DNA of 64,000 nucleotides from Actinomycetota bacterium. Lineage in GTDB: Bacteria > Actinomycetota > Geothermincolia > Geothermincolales > RBG-13-55-18. The notes beneath the pieces were generated by a model. It was not told the origin of the DNA and made no database searches. It worked only from the letters and a program-made list of their open reading frames with translations. The stretch is taken from NCBI GenBank assembly GCA_016931915.1, contig JAFGDU010000097.1, positions 934-64,933 of the forward strand. The letters are read 5' to 3'. The translations under genes were made by a program, and so were the position numbers. Numbering within the stretch: position 1 is the first letter of the stretch; each line of letters begins with the position of its first letter. Positions 38,339 to 48,558 of this stretch are shown here, in pieces.

Positions 38339-40015
38339 TTATTCCGGTTTTTCCTGCTTCGCGATCTCCTGGTCGCGCAGCTCGCGCCGGAGGATCTTGC
38401 CCACCACGCTCTTGGGCAACTCGTCAGCGAACTCTATATCCTTGGGCACCTTGTAGGGAGCCAGGTTCTCCTTGCAGTAGGCGATGACCTCCTCCGCCGT
38501 CAGGGTCTCGCCCTCCTTGGTGACGATGAAGGCCTTGAGGGTCTCGCCGCGGTACTCGTCCGGCACCCCCACGGCGCAGGCCTCGAGGATCTTGGGGTGG
38601 TCGAAGAGAACGTTGTCGATCTCCACCGGATAGATGTTGTAGCCCCCGGCGATGATCATGTCCTTCTTACGGTCCACCACCGATAGGTAACCGTCCTCGT
38701 CGAAGAAACCGATATCGCTGGTGTAAACCCAGCCGTTCCGCAATGCCTCTGCCGTCTCCTCGGGCTTCTTGTAATAACCCATCATGTTCTGGGGGCCGTA
38801 GATGGCGATCTCGCCTACCTCACCCCGGGGCAGTTCGTTCTCCCCCGTCTCGATATCCATGATCTTGATGTCCGTGTCGGGGACGGGAATACCCACCGTA
38901 CCAGGCTTGATCACGCCGCCCCAAGGGGTAACGGTAGCTATGGGAGAGGTCTCCGTCTGACCGTAGACCTCGAGGATGGTGGCGCCGGTGAGCTCTTTGA
39001 GATCGCGGATGGTATCCGCCGCCAGGGGGGCGGCGCCAGAGAAGAATCCCTTGATAAAGGAGAGGTCCATCTCCCTGAACTCCGGCTCGGCCAGCAGTCC
39101 GACGAAGATAGTAGGCACGCCGGGCAGATAGTCGGGCTTGTCCTTCTTGAGGATTTCGATGACACCCGCCGGGTCCGGGCGCGGGATCATGCAGTGCTCC
39201 CAGGCCTGCCAGCAGAAGAAATTCTGGCAGGCGGTGAAGCCAGCGGCGTGGAAGACCGGGAAGGTCCCGACCAGGGATATGCCGCCCCGGTCCAGGTCCG
39301 GGAACCAGGCCGCGAACTGCTGCACGTTGACGCTGATGTTTTTGTGGCTGAGCATCACGCCCTTGCTCACCCCGGTGGTGCCGCCGGTGTAGATGATGGT
39401 GGAGAGCTCCTCCCACTTGCCCTTCTCCTCCACGGGAGTGGAGGGATACTTCCTGATCAGGTCCTCGAAGCGGAGCACCTTGTCCGTGGGCTCGATCTTC
39501 CTGTACATGGCCTTGCGCACCAGGGGGAAGAGCTGCTTCTTGGGGAAGGGGAGGTAGGTGTTGATCTGGCAGCCGATGATCTTCTTCACCTTGGTCTCGG
39601 GCATGATCTTCTCGATGCGCGGCACCAGCAGGGTGAGGGTGATGGCTATTATCGAGTCGGAGTCGTCTAGCTGGTACTGCAGTTCCCTCTCCGTGTACAG
39701 GGGGTTGTTGAGAACCACCACCGCCCCGATGCGGAAGGCGGCCATGTTGGCAATGATCATCTGGGGGATATTGGGCATGATGGTCGCCACCTTGTCCCCT
39801 TTTTTCACCCCCAGGTCCGAGAGCGCCCTGGCGAAGCTGTTGACCATGCCGTCCAGCTGCTTATAGGTGATCTTCTTGCCCATATAGTTGAGGGCTACCT
39901 GGTCGGGAAACTCCCTTGCTGACCTGGTCAGGCCCTCGGAGACGGTCAGCTCCTCGTAATCGATGCTCCACGGCACTCCCTCGGCGTAGGACTTATGCCA
40001 CAGCTTCTCTTCCAT
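38339..40015 (-). CDS. Long-chain fatty acid--CoA ligase (FadD family)
   Basis: 'YTGGTTGVSKG', 'YGQTETSP', 'DRKKDMII.GG.NIYP', 'LPKSVVGKILRR'. Confidence 0.93.
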   Translation of the reverse strand: MEEKLWHKSYAEGVPWSIDYEELTVSEGLTRSAREFPDQVALNYMGKKITYKQLDGMVNSFARALSDLGVKKGDKVATIMPNIPQMIIANMAAFRIGAVVVLNNPLYTERELQYQLDDSDSIIAITLTLLVPRIEKIMPETKVKKIIGCQINTYLPFPKKQLFPLVRKAMYRKIEPTDKVLRFEDLIRKYPSTPVEEKGKWEELSTIIYTGGTTGVSKGVMLSHKNISVNVQQFAAWFPDLDRGGISLVGTFPVFHAAGFTACQNFFCWQAWEHCMIPRPDPAGVIEILKKDKPDYLPGVPTIFVGLLAEPEFREMDLSFIKGFFSGAAPLAADTIRDLKELTGATILEVYGQTETSPIATVTPWGGVIKPGTVGIPVPDTDIKIMDIETGENELPRGEVGEIAIYGPQNMMGYYKKPEETAEALRNGWVYTSDIGFFDEDGYLSVVDRKKDMIIAGGYNIYPVEIDNVLFDHPKILEACAVGVPDEYRGETLKAFIVTKEGETLTAEEVIAYCKENLAPYKVPKDIEFADELPKSVVGKILRRELRDQEIAKQEKPE

Positions 40016-40358
40016 GGTTACCCCTCCTGTATCCGCGGGCGATAGCCTGTGCTTACGGAACGCCCCCGTCCTGGCACTGCAGTGGTATCAATGGGACCTC
40101 GTTTCCTGTTCTCCGAATGGAGCTGGGACGATGGATAGGACAGTTGCTTTAACCCCTGTTAGTCTTTTTATATATGAAGCCAGATGCTTACTTCAAGTCG
40201 GTTTTCGCGCGGCCGCGCATGCGGAATGAAGCAGCCCCGAAATGAAAGCCAGGAAGCGGCGTTTCTATATAGAGGAAGCTATGGTGCCGATATAAGGGTA
40301 TGGTGACTTTTTGGCTCTGACCCCCAGGTTTGGCATCGTACGAATAAAGGAGGCTCGC

Positions 40359-42971
40359 ATGCTTAGTATCGCGGCGCACAGACGTTCTCGATGTAGGGCG
40401 TATTTGCGAACCGGAGTTCTTGGGAGGATCCTCCCCGCTGTATGCGCCTGCACCCTGATCGTCTTCTTTCTTCCGGTCGTGACGGCCATCCCCCTGTTCC
40501 GGCCGGGCCAGGAGTCATATGCGGCCGCTACGGACGGTCTCGTCCGCGCGGCCGTGGACGACCCCACTCCCCCGGCGAGCCCGGTCAAACTCATCTTCAT
40601 CCACCATTCCTGCGGCTCGAACTGGCTCTCGGATTCCAACGGCGGCCTGGGCGTTGCCCTGCGCGATGCTAACTATTTCGTCAGCGATACCAACTACGGC
40701 TGGGGTCCGGATGACATCGGCTCGAGCACCGATATCGGCGACTGGTGGTCGTGGTTCCGTGGGCCATCCAGCGCTACCTACACCACGGCCCTCTATGCGG
40801 AGAGCGGGCAGAATAGCTCCTATTCAAGACTCGGATCGGATCCCGGCGGCGAGAACGAGATCATCATGTTCAAGTCCTGTTATCCGAACTCCGCTATAGG
40901 GGGAAGTCCCACCGACCCCGTCCCCCCCATCGAAAGCAATCCCCTCAAGGGCAGTTCGTCTCCCCTCACCGTGGCCAACGCCAAGGGTATATATATCGAC
41001 ATCCTGGAGTACTTCGAGACCCGGCTGGACAAGCTATTCGTGGTCATCACGGCGCCACCCCTGCGCTCCTCAACCTATGCCGACAACGCCCGCGCCTTCA
41101 ACAACTGGTTGGTCGACGACTGGCTGGACGGATATCCTCACGACAACGTATTCGTCTTCGACTTCTACAACGTGCTCACCAGCAACGGCGGCAATCCTTC
41201 CGCCAGCGACTTCAACTGGGAGACGGGGAACCACCACCGCTGGCTGAACGGCGCGATCCAGCATAAGACCGACGGTGGAGGCAACACCCTCGCCTATGCG
41301 AGTGGGGACGACCACCCCAACTACGTCGGCAACCAGAAAGCCACGGGCGAGTTCATCAACCTGCTCAACGTGGCTTACAACCGTTTCGTGGACGGCGGCG
41401 CCGACGCGCCTTCCGTTGCCTCTGTCAGCCCTTCCTCCGGCGCGGTCGGAACGGAGGTGACCATCGAAGGTGCTAATCTCGGGGACAGCCGGGGTTCTTC
41501 ATACGTGGCGTTCGAGTCGACCCAAGCGACCCAATATACGGAATGGACGGACACGCGCATAAGGTGCCTGGTCCCGACCGGCGCCCTTTCGGGGTGGCTG
41601 AGGGTTGTAACAGAAGGGGGTACCTCCAACGTCTTCAACTTCGTCATACCTCTGCCCGTCGTTGAGAGTTCCTTCCTCTTTGCAGAGGGATACACGGGAG
41701 GCGGTTTCCAGGAGTGGCTGTGCCTGCTGAATCGAGACCCGGATACCGCCATTGCCCAGATCACCTACCTCTATGCGGATGGCAGCGCTCCCTTTACAAA
41801 GGATTACCCCCTTCCCGGGGACAGCCGCACGACCATAAACGTCAACGAGGAGGTGGGGGCGGACCGTGACGTGTCGGTTAAACTCGAATCGGACGGCGTT
41901 ATCCTGGCCGAGCGCCCAATGTACTTCGATTACCAGGGCATGTGGAGCGGTGGCCACGATGTCATCGGCGCCGCGGCTCCCGCAGGCGAGTGGTATTTCG
42001 CCGAGGGTTATACCGGCCAGGGTTTCGACGAGTGGATATGCGTGCTCAACCCGGGAGATGAAGATGCCACCCTGACCTTCCGCTTCCAGACCCAGGAGGC
42101 GGGGGAGCAGGTGAGGAAGGGGTACGAGGTGCCGGCCCGTTCGCGCCGGACCTTCAAGGTCAACGAGGTACTCGGGGCCGATTACCAGGCTTCCCTGGCC
42201 GTGGAGTCGACCAGTCCCATCGTGGCCGAGCGCCCCATGTACTTCGATTACATGGGGACCGGTGCCTACCACTGGGAGGGCGGCCACTGCGTCATGGGTG
42301 CGACGGCCCTTTCCCGGGAGTACTATTTTGCCGAGGGTACCACCCGGCCGGGGTTCGAGGGGTGGATCACCCTGCAGAACCCCAACACCTACGCGATAAC
42401 CGTTGATGCCGAGTATCAGCTGGGTGCGGGCCAGGGAGATCCCGTGCAGTATGTATACGAGGTGGCTGCCGGTTTCAGGCGTACTGTGTTCCTACCCGAC
42501 GAGGTAGGCTGGAACAAGGACGTTTCGGTCAAGCTCTCCTCGGACGATGGTTTCCTGGCGGAACGCCCCATGTATTTCAGCTACAGCACCGCGGGATTGA
42601 ACGCCCAGGGGGGCCACTGCGTCATCGGGGCAACCCTTCCCGCCTCGGAGTGGCTTTTCGCCGAGGGTTATACCGGAGGTTCCTTCCAGGAGTGGCTGTG
42701 CCTGCAGAATCCGGAGGATACCGCGGCCGAGGTCGAGATCACTTACTACACCCAGGAGGCGGGGGTGCTTCCCGCCCGGCAGGTTGCCGTACCCGCCAGT
42801 ACCAGGGTTACTCTGTTGGTCAACCAGGACGCCGGCCCGGATTACCAGCTGTCCACGCGGGTCCAGGTCATGTCGGGTCCGGATATCGTGGCGGAGCGCC
42901 CCATGTATTTCGTTTACGGCTCCGGCTGGGACGGCGGGCATGACGTAGTGGGGTATGTGCCCGGGGAGTAA
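40359..42971 (+). CDS. Secreted/surface protein: SGNH-like domain + IPT/TIG + four DUF5719-like repeats
   Basis: RBS AAAGGAGG; hydrophobic signal; 'FIHHSCG...MFKSCY...DDHPN'; 'PSVASVSPSSG.VGTEVTI.G'; four '(W/Y/F)-FAEG.T...AERPMYF' repeats. Confidence 0.85.
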   Translation: MLSIAAHRRSRCRAYLRTGVLGRILPAVCACTLIVFFLPVVTAIPLFRPGQESYAAATDGLVRAAVDDPTPPASPVKLIFIHHSCGSNWLSDSNGGLGVALRDANYFVSDTNYGWGPDDIGSSTDIGDWWSWFRGPSSATYTTALYAESGQNSSYSRLGSDPGGENEIIMFKSCYPNSAIGGSPTDPVPPIESNPLKGSSSPLTVANAKGIYIDILEYFETRLDKLFVVITAPPLRSSTYADNARAFNNWLVDDWLDGYPHDNVFVFDFYNVLTSNGGNPSASDFNWETGNHHRWLNGAIQHKTDGGGNTLAYASGDDHPNYVGNQKATGEFINLLNVAYNRFVDGGADAPSVASVSPSSGAVGTEVTIEGANLGDSRGSSYVAFESTQATQYTEWTDTRIRCLVPTGALSGWLRVVTEGGTSNVFNFVIPLPVVESSFLFAEGYTGGGFQEWLCLLNRDPDTAIAQITYLYADGSAPFTKDYPLPGDSRTTINVNEEVGADRDVSVKLESDGVILAERPMYFDYQGMWSGGHDVIGAAAPAGEWYFAEGYTGQGFDEWICVLNPGDEDATLTFRFQTQEAGEQVRKGYEVPARSRRTFKVNEVLGADYQASLAVESTSPIVAERPMYFDYMGTGAYHWEGGHCVMGATALSREYYFAEGTTRPGFEGWITLQNPNTYAITVDAEYQLGAGQGDPVQYVYEVAAGFRRTVFLPDEVGWNKDVSVKLSSDDGFLAERPMYFSYSTAGLNAQGGHCVIGATLPASEWLFAEGYTGGSFQEWLCLQNPEDTAAEVEITYYTQEAGVLPARQVAVPASTRVTLLVNQDAGPDYQLSTRVQVMSGPDIVAERPMYFVYGSGWDGGHDVVGYVPGE

Positions 42972-43337
42972 TGCGTTCGGACTCAGTAGTCGTCTTAAAG
43001 CCCGAGCCCGGGAATACGGTCCTCGCTTCTGTCCGCAGGTTGCATATCCGGAGCATGATCCTCCTGTCGCTCAGACTGCTCCCAATGTCGCTTCGGACCG
43101 ATCCCCGGTTCTCGGGTTGGTAGCAGCGTAGATGGAGGTTCGCCCGAACACATCAAACCCCGGACAGTGTGTTTAACACGGGCTATGCCCGATCCTGTTC
43201 CTGACATCCTTTGCGTGCGTATACACCCGGTTCTTTTCCTTTAACTGCTTCTTCTGCGACCGACATGGTAGCTCCCCGGGCTGGTGGCAGCTCAGATTGA
43301 TGGGGTTCGCCAGGGGACGTGGCAGCGAAGATCACGG

Positions 43338-43378
43338 GTGCCAGGCCCCCACATTCGGAAATGTGGAGGCGCTGGGAC
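43338..43378 (-). repeat. Structured intergenic repeat, partial inverted copy 4
   Basis: Reverse complement is GTCCCAGCGCCTCCACATTTCCGAATGTGGGGGCCTGGCAC, the shared core hairpin. Confidence 0.85.
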
Positions 43379-43524
43379 TCCCTTATGCGGATACACCCGT
43401 TTGTTTTCTTTTTGCTACTTCTTATTCGACCGACCCGTTCAGATGATAGTGAAATGCCCTGCTGCTACGCTTTTTATCGTTTTTTCCTTACACTATTAGG
43501 ATGAAGACGGATGTGGGGGCATAG

Positions 43525-46500
43525 GTGAAGATGGAAAAAGAATCGAAGCTGAAAAAAGGAAACCCCAGTATTTACTGGCAGCTGGCGGTTGGAGTAGTGG
43601 TCTTCGCTGTCCTCTTCGTCATCAGCCGTAACAACTACCTGCTATTCCATGGCATCGCGGAGATCTTCAGTTCTCTCGTGGCTTTTACCATTTTCGTGCT
43701 GGCATGGCACACCCGCAGCTACACCGAAAACGATTACCTTCTCTTCCTGGGCATTGCATATCTATTCGTCGGCATGCTAGACCTGGTCCATATGCTCGCC
43801 TATTCCGGGATGGGTGTATTTGGAGGCTACGGCACCAACCTGGCTACTCAACTGTGGATCTCAGCGCGCTATATAGAAGCTGCATCCCTCCTCCTGGCGC
43901 CCTTTTTTCTTGCACGCAGATTGAGGGTCTGGACGGACGTAGCCGTCTACTCGGCGGTCTCCTTCTTTGTGATCATAAGTATCTTCTACCTGGATATCTT
44001 CCCCACGTGTTTCGTGGAGGGAACCGGTCTTACTCCTTTCAAGAGGATCAGCGAGTATGTAATCTCCCTCATCCTCATCGCCGCTATCGTGGCGCTATTC
44101 AGGAAGCGCGATGAATTCGATCCCAGGGTGTTCTGGCTCATGGTCTCCTCCATCTCGATTACTGTAGCTTCGGAGTTGTGTTTCACGCTCTACCAGGACC
44201 CCTACGCTTTTTTCAACCTTATGGGTCATTTCCTCAAGATAATATCCTTCTATCTCATCTACCTTGCCATCATTGAAACCGGCCTGGAGGAACCTTACGA
44301 GCTGCTGTTTAAGGAGTTGAGCGAGAAGGGGAAGAGAAAGAAAGCCATACTCGACGCGACGGCGGATTCCCTTGTACTGCAAGACCTGGACGGAAAGATC
44401 CTGGTGATAAACGATGTTGCTGCTCGCATTATGGGGAAGGAAGAGGACGAACTCGTAGGCGCAAGTATCAGCGAGCTCAAGCCCCCTTTCTTACCACAAA
44501 ACATGCAAGATATCGTCCAGGAGATACTCGTCGAAAGAGCAAGCGTATACGGGGAATACGAATGCGAAGGCAAATGGTATGAGAACACCTATTATCCCGT
44601 GCTCGATGAAGGTGGGGGAGTCGGGTTGGTGGCTATCTACTCCAGGGACATCACCGAGCGCAAGCGCATGGAGGAGCAACTGCGCGAGAGCGAGGAGAAA
44701 TACCGTCTCATCGTGGACAGCGCGCATGAGGGCATATGGGCCGTCGACCGTTATGCGGTGACCACCTTCGTTAACTCGCGCATGGCGGAGATGCTCGGTT
44801 ATGAGGAGGAGGAGATGCTTGGGCGCATCCTCTTCGACTTCATGGACGAGAAAGGTAAAGAGTTAGCCGAGACAAACCTGGAACGCCGCGAGGCCGGCAT
44901 CAGCGAACAGCACGATTTCGAGTTCATCAAGAAGGATGGCAGGCGTATCTACAGCCGCCTGGAGACATCCCCCCTTTATGATGCGGAGGGAGAATATATG
45001 GGAGCACTCGCGATGGTGGCGGACATCACCGAGCGCAGACGCATGGAGGAGGAACTGCGCGAGAGCGAGGAGAAATTCCGCAGTATCGTCGAGCAATCAA
45101 GCGACGGTATCACGCTGGTGGATCAGGGTGGAGTGATCATGGAGTGGAACAGCGCCCAGGAGGATGTAACGGGATTGCGGCGAGAGGAAGCGGTTGGAAA
45201 GCCCATCTGGGATATTCAGTACATGCTTACCACGCCCGAGCAAAAGACTGCTGCGGCCTACGAGCTGCTCAGGGAGAATGTCGTCGGTTCCCTGGAAAAG
45301 AGCTATACCTCCTGGTTCGGTGAGAGCAGCGAAACGGAGATCCTGACTCCGGGGGGCGAAAGGCGCATCATGCAGACCGTGACCTTTCCCATACGTTCAA
45401 GCGAGGGAATGATGATGGGGAGTATAACCAGGGACATCACCAGGCGGGTGCGCATGGAGGAGACGTTAGCCTTCGAGCTGGAGGCGAACAGCGCGGTGGC
45501 GGAACTCTCGGCCGCTCTGCTCGCGCAAGCCTCCATCGAGGACGTATCCTATGTCATGCTTGAGAAAGCCAAGCAGCTCACGGAGAGCCCCTTCGGCTTC
45601 GTTGGCTATATCGAGAGCGAAACGGGGTACCTGATCTCCCCCACCCTTTCCCGGGATATGTGGGATGAATGCGGGATCGCGGACAGGAGCGTTGTTTTCA
45701 AGGAATTCAATGGCCTCTGGGGGTGGGTCCTCGACAGCAAAAAGCCACTGCTGACCAACGAACCTCACGGGGATCCCAGGTCCACGGGAGTGCCGCACGG
45801 CCATATACCCATCGAGCGCTTCGTCTCGGTACCCGCCTTGCTGGGGGGGGCACTGGTGGGGCAGATAGCCCTCGCCAACTCCATACGCGACTACTATGAG
45901 AGGGACATCGCGCTTCTGAACCGGCTGGCTGACCTCTATGCCATAGCTGTGCTGCGCATGTGGTCCGAGGAAGAACTGGATAAATACCGCGAGCACCTGG
46001 AGGAACTGGTGAGGGAACGCACCCTGGAGCTGGAAAGGATCAACCTGCAGCTGCAGGAAGAGGTGACGGAGCGTAAAAAGAACCAGGAGGAGCTTCGGGC
46101 CTCCGCAGAGCAGCTGCGCGCCCTCTCAGCACGCGTGGAATCGGTACGAGAGGAGGAGAGGCGCCGCGTAGCACGTGAAGTGCACGACACTTTGGGGCAG
46201 GCTCTGACAGGGTTGAAGATCAACCTCTCTCTCCTGGGTAGGAAGCTGGAGGGAGAGGCCGAACTGGAGGAAAGGATAGCGTCCATGTCCGGTCTCGTGG
46301 ACACGACCATCAAGTCGGTGCGCGAGATCGCCACCGAGCTCAGGCCCGGCGTGCTGGACGATCTCGGGCTGGCCGCAGCCCTGGACTGGCAGGTGAAGCG
46401 GTTCGGGGAGTTGACGGGCCTGGAGGCCGGCTTCATCTCGGACGCGGACGACAACCTCCTGAACAAGGACCTGACCATCGCCCTGTTCCGCATAGCACAG

Positions 46501-46797
46501 GAGGCCTTGACCAACGTAGCCCGCCATGCCGAAGCCAGCCGGGTCGAAGTACGTCTGGCGCAAGAGGCGGATGGGATTCTGCTCGAGATCAAGGATAATG
46601 GTAAAGGTGTCAGCGAGGAAGAGACCGGCGGCATGGGTGGCCTGGGCGTCCTGGGTATGCGGGAGCGCGCCCATATCTTCGGGGGAGAGGTGGGGATCGA
46701 AGGCGACAGCGGGACGGGTACCACGGTGGCCGTAAGGATCCCACTCGATGCGGGTGATCGATGGGACGACGGCGAAGGGACGGAGGAGATCCGATGA
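43525..46797 (+). CDS. Sensor histidine kinase: MASE3 + 3 PAS + GAF + HisKA_3 + HATPase
   Basis: 'NYLLFHGIAEIFS...DLVHMLAYSGM...QLWISARY' (MASE3); 'ERRRVAREVHDTLGQ'; 'RIAQEALTNVARHA'; 'DNGKG'. Confidence 0.93.
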   Translation: MKMEKESKLKKGNPSIYWQLAVGVVVFAVLFVISRNNYLLFHGIAEIFSSLVAFTIFVLAWHTRSYTENDYLLFLGIAYLFVGMLDLVHMLAYSGMGVFGGYGTNLATQLWISARYIEAASLLLAPFFLARRLRVWTDVAVYSAVSFFVIISIFYLDIFPTCFVEGTGLTPFKRISEYVISLILIAAIVALFRKRDEFDPRVFWLMVSSISITVASELCFTLYQDPYAFFNLMGHFLKIISFYLIYLAIIETGLEEPYELLFKELSEKGKRKKAILDATADSLVLQDLDGKILVINDVAARIMGKEEDELVGASISELKPPFLPQNMQDIVQEILVERASVYGEYECEGKWYENTYYPVLDEGGGVGLVAIYSRDITERKRMEEQLRESEEKYRLIVDSAHEGIWAVDRYAVTTFVNSRMAEMLGYEEEEMLGRILFDFMDEKGKELAETNLERREAGISEQHDFEFIKKDGRRIYSRLETSPLYDAEGEYMGALAMVADITERRRMEEELRESEEKFRSIVEQSSDGITLVDQGGVIMEWNSAQEDVTGLRREEAVGKPIWDIQYMLTTPEQKTAAAYELLRENVVGSLEKSYTSWFGESSETEILTPGGERRIMQTVTFPIRSSEGMMMGSITRDITRRVRMEETLAFELEANSAVAELSAALLAQASIEDVSYVMLEKAKQLTESPFGFVGYIESETGYLISPTLSRDMWDECGIADRSVVFKEFNGLWGWVLDSKKPLLTNEPHGDPRSTGVPHGHIPIERFVSVPALLGGALVGQIALANSIRDYYERDIALLNRLADLYAIAVLRMWSEEELDKYREHLEELVRERTLELERINLQLQEEVTERKKNQEELRASAEQLRALSARVESVREEERRRVAREVHDTLGQALTGLKINLSLLGRKLEGEAELEERIASMSGLVDTTIKSVREIATELRPGVLDDLGLAAALDWQVKRFGELTGLEAGFISDADDNLLNKDLTIALFRIAQEALTNVARHAEASRVEVRLAQEADGILLEIKDNGKGVSEEETGGMGGLGVLGMRERAHIFGGEVGIEGDSGTGTTVAVRIPLDAGDRWDDGEGTEEIR

Positions 46798-47423
46798 AGA
46801 TCCTTATAGTAGACGACCATCCCGTGGTCAGAAAGGGCCTGACGCAAATCCTCTGCGAGGAACCGGACGTGGAGATAGCAGCCGAGGCGAGAACCGCCGC
46901 CGAGTCGCTGGACATGGTCAGGGAGAAGGAATGGGATGTCGTGGTGCTCGACATCACCCTTCCGGACCGCAGCGGCCTGGAGGCGCTCAAGGACATCAAG
47001 GCCGTGCGGCCGCAGCTGCCCGTGCTCATCCTCTCCATGCATCCCGAGGACCAGTACGCGCTGCGCGTGCTCAAGGCGGGGGCCGCCGGGTACGTGAACA
47101 AGGACAGCGCCTCGGAGGAGCTGGTTAAAGCCGTGAGGAAGGTGATGGGCGGGGGAAGATACGTAAGCCCGTTCATGGCCGAGAAGCTTGCTTCCGTCGT
47201 AGGGGGCGACTACGAGAGACCGCCGCACGAGAGCCTCTCCGACCGCGAGTTTCAGGTTATGTGCATGCTCGCCTCCGGCAAGAGGCTCAAGGAGGTCGCC
47301 GAGGAATTGTGTCTCAGCGTAAAGACGGTCAGCACCTACCGGGCACGCGTCCTGGAGAAGATGGGGATGGAGAGCAACGCGGAGCTCACCTATTATGCTG
47401 TAAAGAACGGCCTGGTCGAATAG
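46794..47423 (+). CDS. NarL/UvrY-type response regulator (REC + LuxR HTH)
   Basis: 'IVDDHPVVR', 'VLDI', 'LSDREFQV...LSVKTVSTYRARV..KM'; overlaps the kinase stop. Confidence 0.95.
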   Translation: MKILIVDDHPVVRKGLTQILCEEPDVEIAAEARTAAESLDMVREKEWDVVVLDITLPDRSGLEALKDIKAVRPQLPVLILSMHPEDQYALRVLKAGAAGYVNKDSASEELVKAVRKVMGGGRYVSPFMAEKLASVVGGDYERPPHESLSDREFQVMCMLASGKRLKEVAEELCLSVKTVSTYRARVLEKMGMESNAELTYYAVKNGLVE

Positions 47424-47549
47424 GCCCTTTAATCCATCCCCAGGGTTGCCTTGCCGCTGCATCCCCCTCGAGCGACATTCCGGATCATGATATCTGCATC
47501 CGTTACAGTGCCATAGAACCGCGGAAAATCCGCCCGAAACAACAAACTG

Positions 47550-47567
47550 TGTAGGAAAATTCCTACA
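47550..47567. promoter_or_regulatory. 18-bp palindrome, candidate response-regulator binding site
   Basis: TGTAGGAA-AA-TTCCTACA has perfect 8-bp arms and resembles the GacA/UvrY box TGTAAG-N6-CTTACA. Confidence 0.6.
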
Positions 47568-47678
47568 TATGACATGCATTCCGTCCGACATGTGGACGAG
47601 AGCCACTCCGATACCCTAATAATGCAGCTCAACATATCCTATGAACTGATAAGCAGGGGCCCGCGAAAGGGGTGTCTT

Positions 47679-47870
47679 ATGAAGGAAAAAACCGAGCTGG
47701 GTGTACTTCCTTCCATGGCGGGAACGGCCTGTCCTATATGCGGCTCCGGGACTGTCAGGGGAGTGTTTTTCTGCTCTCGCTGTGGGCGCTCCGTACGGCT
47801 GCATCACGATCCCGCGGAGATAAGTGAGAGGAGGAAGGAAGTATATATCCCCCGCCAGCTCATGCGATGA
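47679..47870 (+). CDS. Putative small zinc-ribbon protein
   Basis: RBS AAGGGG; 'CPICG' and 'CSRCG' within 63 aa. Confidence 0.45.
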   Translation: MKEKTELGVLPSMAGTACPICGSGTVRGVFFCSRCGRSVRLHHDPAEISERRKEVYIPRQLMR

Positions 47871-48006
47871 ACGAGGCATCCCAAACGGGCCCCTTTAATC
47901 TGTTTGATTACCTGCCCGCCGCAAAGAAGGGTTCGCCGCATTACACGGAGCCAGGTGGGCGGGGAGGGAAGCGGTATGCATGGGCGGTAAAGGATCGGGA
48001 AAGGCG

Positions 48007-48492
48007 GTGGCGGGTAAGGCATCCATCAGGGTACTGGTCGTCGATGACCATATCATCGTCCGGCAGGGTCTGAGGTTGATCATGGACGAGGAACCCGACA
48101 TGGAGGTGGCGGGAGAGGCCAGCAGTGTGGAGGAGTTGATGAACAAGATACGGGAATCGGAATGGGACGTCGTTCTGCTGGATATAACCCTGCCCGACCG
48201 CAGCGGCCTGGAGGCGCTGGAGGATATCAGGGCTATTAAGCCGGGATTGCCGGTGCTCGTCCTGTCCATGCATCCCGAGGAACAGTACGCCAGTCAGGCG
48301 TTGAAGAAAGGCGCTTCAGGCTACTTGAGCAAGGAGAGTGCCGCTCAAGAGGTTGTAAAAGCGATAAGGCAAGTGGTCGACGGCGGCGTGTATACGGGAA
48401 GAGACGAGAAGGACCGGCTTTCCGGGAAGGGCGCAGACGAAACAGGGCCTGCGGCGGTAAGACGCCGCAGGCCGGACACAAAGAGGCGCTGA
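48007..48492 (+). CDS. Receiver-only response regulator, paralog of 46794-47423
   Basis: Near-identical 'EWDVV.LDITLPDRSGLEAL.DI.A..P.LPVL.LSMHPE.QYA'; no HTH. Confidence 0.85.
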   Translation: MAGKASIRVLVVDDHIIVRQGLRLIMDEEPDMEVAGEASSVEELMNKIRESEWDVVLLDITLPDRSGLEALEDIRAIKPGLPVLVLSMHPEEQYASQALKKGASGYLSKESAAQEVVKAIRQVVDGGVYTGRDEKDRLSGKGADETGPAAVRRRRPDTKRR

Positions 48493-48558
48493 GGCTACCG
48501 TACTGGATTGCGGAGGATATGAAGGATTGGGCCTGAGGATCACGGAGGTAAAGGATAC

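Noticed and set aside
42972-43524. Long intergenic region as a tRNA or known ncRNA
   Set aside because: No cloverleaf, T-loop or recognisable riboswitch consensus; only the partial repeat copy is supported
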